From: Planctomycetota bacterium
GTDB taxonomy: Bacteria; Planctomycetota; JAMOSO01
Direction: 5' to 3'
NCBI GenBank assembly: GCA_027063065.1
Contig: JAMOSO010000011.1
Span: 5,370-69,369 of the forward strand
DNA: 64,000 bases
Position numbers and translations under genes: made by a program. The notes below the pieces were generated by a model. The model was not told where the DNA came from, did not search any database, and was given only the letters and a program-made list of their open reading frames with translations. Shown here one piece after another: positions 43,050-52,976 of the stretch (position 1 is its first letter; each line of letters starts with the position of its first letter).

Positions 43050-44519
43050 TTATAATAAATCGTATTTTTTCATTTTTTTCCAAATAGTCATACGACTTAA
43101 ACCAAGGGCTTCTGCAGCTTTAGTGCGGTTCCACCTTGTTTTTTCTAAGGTGTCTATTAAAATTTTTTTATCTGTCTCTGGATTTTTTAACTGTTGTGCA
43201 ACTTGCCATAAAGATTGCACATCACTTTTTGATACATCTACAGCAACATCACATAATGAGCCTTCATAAGTATCATCAAATGTATTGCTAAATCTTTCGT
43301 TAATATCACTCATACCCATTCTTAATTCATGCGGTAAATGCTCTTCTTCTATAGTAGTACCATTGCATATAACAAAAGCATATTCAATAGCATTTTCTAA
43401 TTCTCTAATATTTCCCGGCCAAGAATGCTGCGTTAAAATTGCCATTGCTTCCGTTGAAATAGAAGTAATATCCTTTTGCATTTTTCGTGAAAATTCCACC
43501 AAAAAATGATGCACCAACAACGGTATATCATCTCGCCTAGCTGATAATGAAGGTAATTTAATAGGGAAAACTCTTAACCTATAATATAAATCTTCACGAA
43601 ATTTTTTATGAATTACTGCAGTAGTTAAATTTACATTTGTAGCGCTCACAATACGCACATCAGCATGTCTAGTAATTGACTCACCAACCCTTTCAAAAGT
43701 TTTTTCTTGCAAAAATCTTAGTAACTTAACTTGTATAGGCGGTGCTAAATCACCTATTTCATCCAAAAATACAGTTCCGCCCTCGGCAGCTTCAAAACGA
43801 CCAACCTTATCTTGATATGCTCCCGTAAAAGAGCCTTTAACATGACCAAATAATTCACTCTCTAAAAGTGCCTCTGGTATAGCAGAACAATTAATTTTAA
43901 TAAATGGTTTGTCTTTTCTTTTAGAAAAATGATGTATAGCATCCGCGACTAATTCTTTTCCTGTGCCACTTTGACCCAAAACTAACACGGCAGCATCTGT
44001 AGTGGCTGCTTGACGTATTTGCTCATAAACTTGCTCCATCAAAGGATGTTTACCTATCATCTTATGAACTTTACGTTGGTCGCCAACCCGCTCAATTTGC
44101 TTTTCCAAACCTCTTTGTTTGCGCTGGGCTTGCCTTAATGAACTAATATCTTCTAATATTTCACCTAAAAAAAAGGCTCTTGTATTGTGATCAACCAATG
44201 ATAATTGTCTAGCAATAATCGGCACTAAACGCCCATCTAAACTACGTATTACCTTTTCCTCTGGTAGCGGTATCACATCTTGCCCCATAGGACCTGCAAT
44301 ACCATCTTTAAAATCATTTAAAATATATTTAGTATGTAATTTATCATTTAGTTCTTCACATGATTTATTAAGAATACTGCTTGCCTTAACACCTGTGATT
44401 ATTTCACAAGCACGATTCCAATAACATATATAACCATCAGAATTAAGTAAATAAATACCTTCATATACCTTATCTAATGTCTGCAACAAAATAGAATGTG
44501 TTAAATTTTGCATTAACAT
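43050..44519 (-). CDS. PAS-domain sigma54-dependent transcriptional activator
   Basis: N-terminal PAS (EGIYLLN...WNRACEIITG), GQSGTGKE, ELFGHVKGSFTGA, WPGNIRELEN, Fis HTH (WNRTKAAEALGLSRMT). Confidence 0.9.
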   Translation of the reverse strand: MLMQNLTHSILLQTLDKVYEGIYLLNSDGYICYWNRACEIITGVKASSILNKSCEELNDKLHTKYILNDFKDGIAGPMGQDVIPLPEEKVIRSLDGRLVPIIARQLSLVDHNTRAFFLGEILEDISSLRQAQRKQRGLEKQIERVGDQRKVHKMIGKHPLMEQVYEQIRQAATTDAAVLVLGQSGTGKELVADAIHHFSKRKDKPFIKINCSAIPEALLESELFGHVKGSFTGAYQDKVGRFEAAEGGTVFLDEIGDLAPPIQVKLLRFLQEKTFERVGESITRHADVRIVSATNVNLTTAVIHKKFREDLYYRLRVFPIKLPSLSARRDDIPLLVHHFLVEFSRKMQKDITSISTEAMAILTQHSWPGNIRELENAIEYAFVICNGTTIEEEHLPHELRMGMSDINERFSNTFDDTYEGSLCDVAVDVSKSDVQSLWQVAQQLKNPETDKKILIDTLEKTRWNRTKAAEALGLSRMTIWKKMKKYDLL

Positions 44520-44531
44520 ATTGTAAAATTT

Positions 44532-44573
44532 ATTTACATTTATTGCTATAAAAATATAACAATAAATGTAAAT
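44532..44573. repeat. 19-bp inverted repeat (1 mismatch) between sulP and the activator gene
   Basis: ATTTACATTTATTGCTATA-aaaa-TATAACAATAAATGTAAAT. The mismatch would be a G-U pair in the minus-strand RNA. Confidence 0.6.
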
Positions 44574-44579
44574 CTATGC

Positions 44580-46157
44580 TTAAGCTAACTTATCTAATGC
44601 TAAATGGTAATCAGGATCTTCTAAAACGTTAACTTCAACCAAATCACCCATCTGTTTTAATAAGGCGCTACACTCTACTGATAAATGCCTTAAATGTATA
44701 TTTTTACCAACACTTCGATATCTCTCTGCCAAAGCATGTATTGCTTCCACAGCAGAATGATCACAAACACGTGAATTTAAAAAGTCAATAATCACATTAT
44801 CTGGATCATTGATAGGATCAAAAGCTTCTCTAAAACTAGTTGTTGAAGCAAAAAATAAAGCACCATTTACATCATATCTGCGATGTCGTTTATCCTCTTC
44901 CACTACTGTTATAACTATTTCCTTGGCATGTTGCCATGCAAACAATAATGCAGTTGCAATAATTCCAACACCAACAGCGATAGCCAAATCTGTAAAAACG
45001 GTAACCACAGTCACTAAGACCATAACAAAAACATCTGATTTTGGTGCTTTTCTAATAATTTGAAATGTAGCCCATTCAAACGTACCTATAACAACCATAA
45101 ACATTACACCAACCAATGCTGCTAATGGTATTTTTTCAATAAGTGGGGCTGCCACCAAAATAATAGCAATAAGTGCGACTGCTGCAGTAATACCAGAAAG
45201 TCGCCCACGGCCACCTGCACGCACGTTAATCATTGATTGACCTATCATAGCACAACCTCCCATAGCCCCAAAAAAACCGCAGGTAATATTAGCTGCACCT
45301 TGAGCCATACATTCTTTATTACTGCGACCCCTTGTACCAGTCAATTCATCTACTAATGTTAAAGTCATCAATGATTCTATCAAACCAATGCAAGCCAAAA
45401 TAACTGAATAAGGTAATATTATTTTAAAATTATCCCACGTGAGAGCCACATTTGGAATATGAAAAGATGGCAAACTACCTTTTAAAGTTATGGCAGAATC
45501 TGGAACGCTTGTAGAAGTCATATCACGCAGTTGATTCCAAACCGTTCGCACATCTTCTCCAAATGGTAAAAATTGCGATAATAATGTAATGCCCACAATA
45601 GCTGCTAAAGACGCTGGCACAGCCTTGGTTAATTTTGGTAAAAATTGAATTATACACATAGTAAACAAAACCATAATTAACATAACTATTAAATTTGAGC
45701 CACTTAGCCACTCCATAGCCCCAGTTGCCATATTTAAAGTTTTAAATTGCCCCAATTGTGCCATAAATATAATAATTGCCAAGCCATTCACAAAGCCAAG
45801 CATAACTGGATGCGGGATTAATCTAACAAACTTACCAATACGCAATAAGCCCAAAGTTATTTGAATAATACCCATCAGCACCACAGTGGCAAATAGATAC
45901 TCTATACCATGAGTTGCAACCAAGCTTGTCATTACCACTGCCAATGCACCAGTTGCACCAGAAATCATACCAGGACGTCCACCAAAAATCGAAGTTATCA
46001 AGCCAACAATAGCAGCAGCATATAATCCAACTAAAGGCGTTACTCCTGCTACAAATGAAAATGCCACTGCTTCTGGCACAAGAGCCAACGCAACAGTTAA
46101 GCCCGATAAAATATCATCCTTAATATTACCACGCTTTTTTTTAGATAGAAAAAACAT
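44580..46157 (-). CDS. SulP/SLC26 family inorganic anion transporter with STAS domain
   Basis: [61 protein letters not shown]...DHSA. Confidence 0.92.
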   Translation of the reverse strand: MFFLSKKKRGNIKDDILSGLTVALALVPEAVAFSFVAGVTPLVGLYAAAIVGLITSIFGGRPGMISGATGALAVVMTSLVATHGIEYLFATVVLMGIIQITLGLLRIGKFVRLIPHPVMLGFVNGLAIIIFMAQLGQFKTLNMATGAMEWLSGSNLIVMLIMVLFTMCIIQFLPKLTKAVPASLAAIVGITLLSQFLPFGEDVRTVWNQLRDMTSTSVPDSAITLKGSLPSFHIPNVALTWDNFKIILPYSVILACIGLIESLMTLTLVDELTGTRGRSNKECMAQGAANITCGFFGAMGGCAMIGQSMINVRAGGRGRLSGITAAVALIAIILVAAPLIEKIPLAALVGVMFMVVIGTFEWATFQIIRKAPKSDVFVMVLVTVVTVFTDLAIAVGVGIIATALLFAWQHAKEIVITVVEEDKRHRRYDVNGALFFASTTSFREAFDPINDPDNVIIDFLNSRVCDHSAVEAIHALAERYRSVGKNIHLRHLSVECSALLKQMGDLVEVNVLEDPDYHLALDKLA

Positions 46158-46268
46158 ATATATCCTTTAAAATTTTAAAATCTGCAAAGAATATAGATAG
46201 TTTGTATATAGTCAATATTAACCCTGCTAATTGCAGTATATTAATAAATCCCAATCTACAATCTGTAT

Positions 46269-46985
46269 TTACTTGCCACCAGACCAAAAGGCCTTAACTT
46301 TTGGATCACTTGAACTATAACCATCAACCATTACTTCATCGTATGTATGCAAAGCAACATGTCCATCTACAAATACCAAATTGCTACCATTTTTATGTCG
46401 TAACGATATATTATTAGTACCACGTGGTATTGGAAATCTAACCAAAAAATAACTTTGTAAAGTATTTTGCTTAGCGCTATCCGCCCACATTAAAAGTTGT
46501 GCAGGATTTTGTACTGAACTGCTCCTTGTGGGACCACCTCCTGATGCAGTACATAAATAATCATAATTATATCCATATGATATTTGCACTTTGGCTACAG
46601 GAACCCCACCTTCATAAACTCTTCTAGTTTCGGTATCTTCCTTTTTTTGCGAAGAACAATAAAAAACATTATAGATAGGCGGATTATATGATTTTTCAAT
46701 ACCGACATATTCTAATTCATTTTTTGTCCAATACATATCTTCAATAAGATAACCTCTATAATCTAATGAATAATTAATATTAGCTAAACCAAGTTGTTTT
46801 AAATTATTAGAGCAAGATACTTGTTTGGCTTTGGATTTGGCCTCGGACAATGCCGGCAAAAGCATTGATGCTAGAATAGATATAATAGCTATCACTACTA
46901 ATAATTCTATCAAGGTGAAGTATTTATTTATATTTTTAAATTTGTTTATTTTTAATGTTAAAGTATTTAAACATTTCATATACAA
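46269..46985 (-). CDS. Prepilin-type N-terminal cleavage/methylation domain protein with H-X9-DG motif (PVC family)
   Basis: [63 protein letters not shown]. Confidence 0.9.
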   Translation of the reverse strand: MYMKCLNTLTLKINKFKNINKYFTLIELLVVIAIISILASMLLPALSEAKSKAKQVSCSNNLKQLGLANINYSLDYRGYLIEDMYWTKNELEYVGIEKSYNPPIYNVFYCSSQKKEDTETRRVYEGGVPVAKVQISYGYNYDYLCTASGGGPTRSSSVQNPAQLLMWADSAKQNTLQSYFLVRFPIPRGTNNISLRHKNGSNLVFVDGHVALHTYDEVMVDGYSSSDPKVKAFWSGGK

Positions 46986-47267
46986 TCCTTTATTTAAAAA
47001 TACACCTTATTGCTACAAGCAATACCCATTTGAATATAGTTAAATTTCAAACTATCTACTTCGTATAATTTAACCTCAACATTTGTTTAATAAATATCAT
47101 TTTCAACTATTTGTTTATCGTTTTTAATGAAATTGTGTTAAATAAAAAAGAAAATACAAAAAATAGACTCTACAACACTCTATATTTTATAAATTATGGC
47201 AATGTAAATTAAAGCTCTACTAGCCTGTGCCAACTAATATGATTTTATTTGTGTTAAAAATCGAATA

Positions 47268-48542
47268 TTAAAAATGACTTAAGTCTATATCAAAAGATGG
47301 CAATTGGGTTTCATCTACGCGATATATATTTGCCTCACCATGACGTCTTGCCCAATAACCTTGTGATTTTGCTTTCCAAAAATCAACCTGTAGAGATGCC
47401 TCTTTAGTCTTTAATACAATAGTATTATAGTGTTTGGGAATATTTAAATTTTTTGGATATAAATAACTTTTTATTTGTAAATTTAACACCTTATTAATAA
47501 ATAAAACCGCATTTTTAAATGACACTTTTTTATTATTAATAAAAATATTCTTATTTTGTTTTACTAAATTAATATTTTTATTTTGCCAATTAATTTTTAA
47601 ACTCACAAAATTTGTTGCAGGCAAAACAAAAATATAAGGCGATCTAAACTCGTTTGCCAATGCTCCTACGTCATTAATCAATAACAAATCTAGCTCTACC
47701 ACTGTTTTACTGCCAGGTATCATGGCGTATAATTTTGCAGACAACTTATCAAAAACAATAAATGCCGTCTCTGTTTGTAAATTTTTACTTTTTAGTGTAA
47801 CTATATAATCAGCATTTTCAGCAGTAAATAATGTATACAAATCTGCCACACCGCCCTTTATAAACTTAATAGCCCTAGCGCCTGCAATTGCGCTTAATGC
47901 AGTACCTAATCTCTTACCGTCAATCCAGTCTTCAACTGGTTTGCGTATTTTCCAAATACCATTTTTTTGATTGATTAAAATATTAGCATGCTTACTTTTT
48001 ATATTGATTTCGCTAATATCTTGTGCGTCTATAGTAAATATTTGACGACGCTTTAATAAATCAATATCTGTTAATAAGATATCAGCCAAATTACCTTCTA
48101 CCACATAAACTACGTCATCATTATTTAACGTAATATATGAATTATGATCTAATAAAGTTTCGCCAAATACATTAACTTTGATGGTTTTATTAGTGGTTGA
48201 AAGCTCAAAGCTTCCACGTCTACTGCCGATATTGGGTATTTCTTCAGATGGTACAGAGCGCAATGCTTTTAAAGCAAACAATCTACCACCCAACTGACGC
48301 ATCTGTTTTTGATCCAATAAAATATCAGATTTATCCAAGCTCCAATGCTTATCAAAATATTTAAATATCAAAGCATCTGACTTAACAGGTTTTATGGCCA
48401 TACCAGTAATAATATTAGGATTTAAAGATATTAACTGTTTAGAAGATTGAATGACTAAACTATCCTTATGATGCTGTAAACCATATATTAAAATATTAAC
48501 AATAGCGAATACACTTATAATAATAAAACGCCTGATGCTCAT
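47268..48542 (-). CDS. DUF4340-like periplasmic protein of a Gld-like ABC cluster
   Basis: N-terminal TM helix, repeated beta-rich modules (…WKIRKP, YAMIPG..VV, WARRHGEANIYRV), last gene after gldG-like. Confidence 0.65.
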   Translation of the reverse strand: MSIRRFIIISVFAIVNILIYGLQHHKDSLVIQSSKQLISLNPNIITGMAIKPVKSDALIFKYFDKHWSLDKSDILLDQKQMRQLGGRLFALKALRSVPSEEIPNIGSRRGSFELSTTNKTIKVNVFGETLLDHNSYITLNNDDVVYVVEGNLADILLTDIDLLKRRQIFTIDAQDISEINIKSKHANILINQKNGIWKIRKPVEDWIDGKRLGTALSAIAGARAIKFIKGGVADLYTLFTAENADYIVTLKSKNLQTETAFIVFDKLSAKLYAMIPGSKTVVELDLLLINDVGALANEFRSPYIFVLPATNFVSLKINWQNKNINLVKQNKNIFINNKKVSFKNAVLFINKVLNLQIKSYLYPKNLNIPKHYNTIVLKTKEASLQVDFWKAKSQGYWARRHGEANIYRVDETQLPSFDIDLSHF

Positions 48543-50032
48543 TATCTAAATCTCTTTGAACGATGAAAATACCATACTATTAAACCTATAAGTGCAATTA
48601 ATAATGGCATTATTAACATAACTAAAATAAAAATAACTTTAAGCTGAGAGCGTGATAAATTTAATCTGACGTTTTCTGGCCTTCTTGGTCCTATGCCTGA
48701 AACTTCTTCACGACCCGTTAAATAATTAACAGTATTCATTAAGAAATCATAATTACTTGAATGTTCAAATCCAATTGCATTGCGATTACTCGCCAGTACT
48801 GAAGAACCTATGATAAAAACCCTTGCTATTGTAGCTTTACCTTTTGCATCTTTAAATAAACGGCTAAACGATACTGCCAAATTACATGGACCTTGGACAT
48901 CTTTTGCGTCTTTTGAAATACTTGTTAATTTTGACAAATCTTGCTCGCCCCACGAATCCTGCGAACTGCGAACCAATGGAGTCCAATCCATATCTTTTTG
49001 AACCTTACCTGCAGTTTTGTCAGTAGGTAAATCTATACTTCTAGCATTAGAAAAAATCAAAGGAGTATTGCCCATACGCTTTACTACAGAATGCAATCCA
49101 AATACTTTAGCACTTAATGTTCCCGCACCAAAACCTGCTAAATTTTGAGTAGAATCAATAACTAAATCATTATTAATTGTTACACCCCATTTTTTAAAAT
49201 AATTTTTCAAATTAATATTAGCACTTTGATATGGACGTATTTCAATGGGAGCATCCATTAACAACAACAAGCGTCCCCCTCTTTTTAAATACATATCAAG
49301 TAATTTTATTTCATGTGGTTTAAAAATACTGCGTGGTCTATTAATAATTAACAAATTACAATCTTCTGGAATTTTAGGGGCATTAAGTGTAGCAATTGTT
49401 TTTATGCCAATATTGGCACGCAAAATAGCTTGTGCAAATTTAGAACAACCATCCACACCTGTATTGCTTAACGACCTTTCATCATGCCCAATAACCGCAT
49501 AAGCAAATTTAGGTGTATCTTCTGACACAGACATTATACCAGAGGTTATTACCTCTTCTCCCCTAAAGCCTATTACTTTGGCTGGATTTTTATCTAATGG
49601 TGAACGCTTGCTCCATTCGTACAACCCTGTAGATTTAACAAATCTTTGATGTTGGCCACACTCAAATACAATGATATTATTCTCTTTTATTTTAAGTCTA
49701 TCCAAAATAGCTTTTGTACCTGCTGGATCACGATCTTGATCCATATAAATAACATCAACTGCATCTGAAACATTATATCGTTGCAACAATATTTTAGTAT
49801 CAGCATATGCAGCATTTAGCCTATCGAGCAAAACATATATTTTAACTTTTAAACCCTTATGCTTAACAGCTTTTAAAACATCTTTAGTCTTGGGTGAAAG
49901 GCTAAAATAACTATCGCTTGTAAAATCAAATCGCCAGTTATGATAAGCCGCATTACAATTAATTAAAACCAAACTAAGTAAGGCCAAAACAATAGCTAAC
50001 CACAACAAAATATTATATCGCTTTGATATCAT
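48542..50032 (-). CDS. GldG-like ABC-type uncharacterised auxiliary component
   Basis: RFDFTSDSYFSLSPKTK, GEEVITS, GHDERS, YLKRGGRLLLLMD, NYDFLMNTVNYL, C-terminal TM helix. Start probably ATG 50032. Confidence 0.82.
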   Translation of the reverse strand: MISKRYNILLWLAIVLALLSLVLINCNAAYHNWRFDFTSDSYFSLSPKTKDVLKAVKHKGLKVKIYVLLDRLNAAYADTKILLQRYNVSDAVDVIYMDQDRDPAGTKAILDRLKIKENNIIVFECGQHQRFVKSTGLYEWSKRSPLDKNPAKVIGFRGEEVITSGIMSVSEDTPKFAYAVIGHDERSLSNTGVDGCSKFAQAILRANIGIKTIATLNAPKIPEDCNLLIINRPRSIFKPHEIKLLDMYLKRGGRLLLLMDAPIEIRPYQSANINLKNYFKKWGVTINNDLVIDSTQNLAGFGAGTLSAKVFGLHSVVKRMGNTPLIFSNARSIDLPTDKTAGKVQKDMDWTPLVRSSQDSWGEQDLSKLTSISKDAKDVQGPCNLAVSFSRLFKDAKGKATIARVFIIGSSVLASNRNAIGFEHSSNYDFLMNTVNYLTGREEVSGIGPRRPENVRLNLSRSQLKVIFILVMLIMPLLIALIGLIVWYFHRSKRFR

Positions 50033-50037
50033 TGTTT

Positions 50038-50787
50038 TTATTTCCACCGTTTAGCCTCAGCTCGTTGTAAGGCTGCCCATAAAAACAACATTGCAACACT
50101 AGCATAATAGATAAGTGCATTAACGTCCAAAATACCTTGAGAAAAATTTTCTAATTGGCTCCAAATGTTAATATAAATTGCTACTTCACGCATAGTGCCA
50201 GAAGCCATTGTATATTCACCCATTCCAGCACCAAATATACCAAATAAAACCATAATAGTAGTAATTGCAGCTATCACCTGATTGCGTGTCCAAACAGAAA
50301 AAAACACTCCAATTGCTGTAAACATACACCCTAATGTCAATAAACCTATATATCCTGTCACAATTGGTCCAATATCAATGTGCGTATAATTACTTAAAAT
50401 AATGGGATATAATAATGTAGGAATCCACAAAATTATATAAATCAAACTAGCCGATATATATTTTGCCAATACTATGGTTTTTTCTGAAATAGACACTGTT
50501 GTCAATAGTTCAATGGTACCTGTAGATATTTCTTCACTAAAAGTTCGCATAGTAATAATTGGCACTACAAACATTATGTAGTATAATACAAATTCATTAC
50601 CGCCTAAAAAAGATTTCATCACAGCACCATGTGGAGCATCTGGTTGCTGTAATGCAGATATAATCACCGAAAATATCAAGCCATTCATCAATAAAAATGC
50701 AATACTGATAATGTAAAACATAGGGCTTAAAAAATAACTGCGCAACTCACGCAATATCATTGCATTTAATTGTTGTAAAGCTCTCAT
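50038..50787 (-). CDS. GldF-like ABC-2 permease
   Basis: RELRSYFLSP, PIITMRTFSEEISTGTIELL, IVLAKY, TRNQVIAA, GILD. Confidence 0.88.
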   Translation of the reverse strand: MRALQQLNAMILRELRSYFLSPMFYIISIAFLLMNGLIFSVIISALQQPDAPHGAVMKSFLGGNEFVLYYIMFVVPIITMRTFSEEISTGTIELLTTVSISEKTIVLAKYISASLIYIILWIPTLLYPIILSNYTHIDIGPIVTGYIGLLTLGCMFTAIGVFFSVWTRNQVIAAITTIMVLFGIFGAGMGEYTMASGTMREVAIYINIWSQLENFSQGILDVNALIYYASVAMLFLWAALQRAEAKRWK

Positions 50788-51731
50788 TTATGTCCACCTT
50801 CTAATGTAGATATTACAATATTCTCTAAGGTTAACTCTTTGCGATGTAATTCTCTAATAATGCCACCATTTTCAGTAATTATCTGAAATATCCGAGTACG
50901 AATATCATCTGCCGTTGTATAAATAGCTAAATAAAACCATTCTTGCACTGTATCAACTGTTACGCTTTTAATACCATTAATCTGCTTTAAAGCGTCAATT
51001 GTTTGATTGTTAATGTTCTGACATTCCACTACGATAGGTTCAGATAATGCACTATTTTTTAATAAATTTTGTGGAGTTGAAGACACTAATAAACGTCCAT
51101 CTTTAATAATGACAACCTTTGTACAAATAGCTTCAACCTCTTGTAAGATATGCGTTGATAATAAGACACTTGTTTCGGGCACTAAATTCCTAATTAAATT
51201 TCTAAAATCGGTTATTTGTGCAGGGTCTAAACCAGATGTTGGTTCATCTAATATAACTAATTTTGGTCGATGTAAAATAGCATCTGCCAAAGCAACCCTT
51301 TGCCTGTAACCTTTAGATAATTGCGAAATTGGCACTTTTGCATGATCGGTAATACCAATAAGTTCAAATAATTCTGTAATGCGTTTATCCCTTTGTTGTT
51401 TATTAAAACCACGCAATTTAGCTCTATAATGTAAAAATGTTAAAGGTGTCATTTCAAGATATAAAGGTGATGATTCTGGAAGATAGCCAACTATTTTTTG
51501 AACCTGCCGACAATCTTTACATATATCAAAACCACCAATATTTGCCGTGCCTGAACTAGGTTTAATAAAGCCTGTCAACATACGCATTGTTGTGCTTTTA
51601 CCTGCGCCATTTGGTCCTAAAAAACCTACAATATCTCCTGCTTTAACACTAAATGACAAGTTATCTACAGCATTAAAATTGGCATAAGTTTTGGTTAAAC
51701 CATCAACTTTTAGTATAAAATCATTATTCAT
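50784..51731 (-). CDS. GldA-like ABC transporter ATP-binding protein
   Basis: GPNGAGKSTTMR, LSKGYRQRVALA, ILDEPTSGLDP, STHILQEV. Confidence 0.9.
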   Translation of the reverse strand: MNNDFILKVDGLTKTYANFNAVDNLSFSVKAGDIVGFLGPNGAGKSTTMRMLTGFIKPSSGTANIGGFDICKDCRQVQKIVGYLPESSPLYLEMTPLTFLHYRAKLRGFNKQQRDKRITELFELIGITDHAKVPISQLSKGYRQRVALADAILHRPKLVILDEPTSGLDPAQITDFRNLIRNLVPETSVLLSTHILQEVEAICTKVVIIKDGRLLVSSTPQNLLKNSALSEPIVVECQNINNQTIDALKQINGIKSVTVDTVQEWFYLAIYTTADDIRTRIFQIITENGGIIRELHRKELTLENIVISTLEGGHK

Positions 51732-51811
51732 TATTTTATCATAAGCTTTTAAATCAATTGATACAATTTTAATAATTAGCAGTGTGATTAAAAATATGCA
51801 ATAATAAAATT

Positions 51812-52885
51812 ATGCGCCTTTATATTCATATCCCTTTTTGTATCCAAACTTGTAGTTATTGTGATTTTTGCACAGAAAGCAATGCCTCACAACATAGAAT
51901 TAATAAATATTTAGATACATTGCTAAAAGAATTAAGTTTTAGATTAAAACCATACAAAAAATTAAAATCGATTTATATCGGCGGTGGTACACCAAGTCGC
52001 TTAAATACTATGCAAATTCAACGCATATTAAATGCATTAAATCCGTGGATAAGTCAAGATTTAGAGGAATTTTCATTTGAAATTGACCCCGGCACGTTAA
52101 GTCCATCTAAAATTGAAGTTTTATTAAAATATAACGTCAATAGAGTGAGCGTTGGCATACAAAGCTTTGACAACCAAGTATTAAAACAACTAGGACGGAT
52201 ACATTCGGCACAATTAGCCATAAAAACAATTAATATGCTAAGCTCAGTAGGATTTAATATATCGGCTGATTTAATCATAGGTTTACCATCGCATACAAAT
52301 AGAATTCAAAAAGATATAAAAAGATTATCATCATTGCCCATAAAACACTGCAGTTTATATATTTTAAGCCTAGAACAAGGAACAAAATTATATAATCAAG
52401 TAAAAAAACAACAAATTGTATTACCTAACGACACCGAGACAGTCAAAGAATATAATATAGCTTGTAAATTGCTAGAGCAAAATGGTTTTAAACAATATGA
52501 AATATCTAACTTTGCTCGCAACAATCATATCAGTTTACACAACACTGCCTACTGGACATATCAAAAATATATTGGAATAGGTACTTCTGCCGCTGGGTTT
52601 GATGGCATTAAAAGATATGTAAACTCTGCCAATATAGACACTTATATATCAAACTGGCAAAATGACTGCCAGATAGAAAGCTTATCACCATTGACCCAAC
52701 AACAAGAAAAAGCAATGGTTGGACTACGCTTAAGATCTGGTATACAACTATATAAGTTTCCTTTAATTCAAGATAAATTAATTTTTATGCTCAATAATAA
52801 ATTACTTGAGACTTATAAAGATAATTTACGAATACCACAAAAATATTTAAGTAATTCAAATGAAATATTAGAAAATTTATTTTAA
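51812..52885 (+). CDS. hemW: Radical SAM heme chaperone HemW (HemN-like)
   Basis: LYIHIPFCIQTCSYCDF, IYIGGGTPS, RVSVGIQSF, DLIIGLP, YEISNFA, HNTAYW. Lacks the HemN N-terminal extension. Confidence 0.85.
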   Translation: MRLYIHIPFCIQTCSYCDFCTESNASQHRINKYLDTLLKELSFRLKPYKKLKSIYIGGGTPSRLNTMQIQRILNALNPWISQDLEEFSFEIDPGTLSPSKIEVLLKYNVNRVSVGIQSFDNQVLKQLGRIHSAQLAIKTINMLSSVGFNISADLIIGLPSHTNRIQKDIKRLSSLPIKHCSLYILSLEQGTKLYNQVKKQQIVLPNDTETVKEYNIACKLLEQNGFKQYEISNFARNNHISLHNTAYWTYQKYIGIGTSAAGFDGIKRYVNSANIDTYISNWQNDCQIESLSPLTQQQEKAMVGLRLRSGIQLYKFPLIQDKLIFMLNNKLLETYKDNLRIPQKYLSNSNEILENLF

Positions 52886-52920
52886 ATACAATATAAATTA
52901 ATATCCATATTAGCTGCCAC

Positions 52921-52948
52921 TTGTAACTAATATATCTCATTGTATAAT
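52921..52948 (+). promoter_or_regulatory. sigma70-type promoter for cimA-valS
   Basis: TTGTAA-N16-TATAAT, 28 bp upstream of the ATG. Confidence 0.55.
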
Positions 52949-52976
52949 CTTGCTTCTATTATTAGTTAGGTAAATT

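Noticed and set aside
47216-47233. TTGGCAC -24 box upstream of the prepilin-like gene (minus strand)
   Set aside because: The -12 position reads TA rather than GC.
51812-52885. Oxygen-independent coproporphyrinogen oxidase HemN
   Set aside because: Short protein without the HemN N-terminal extension. The HNxxYW motif fits HemW.
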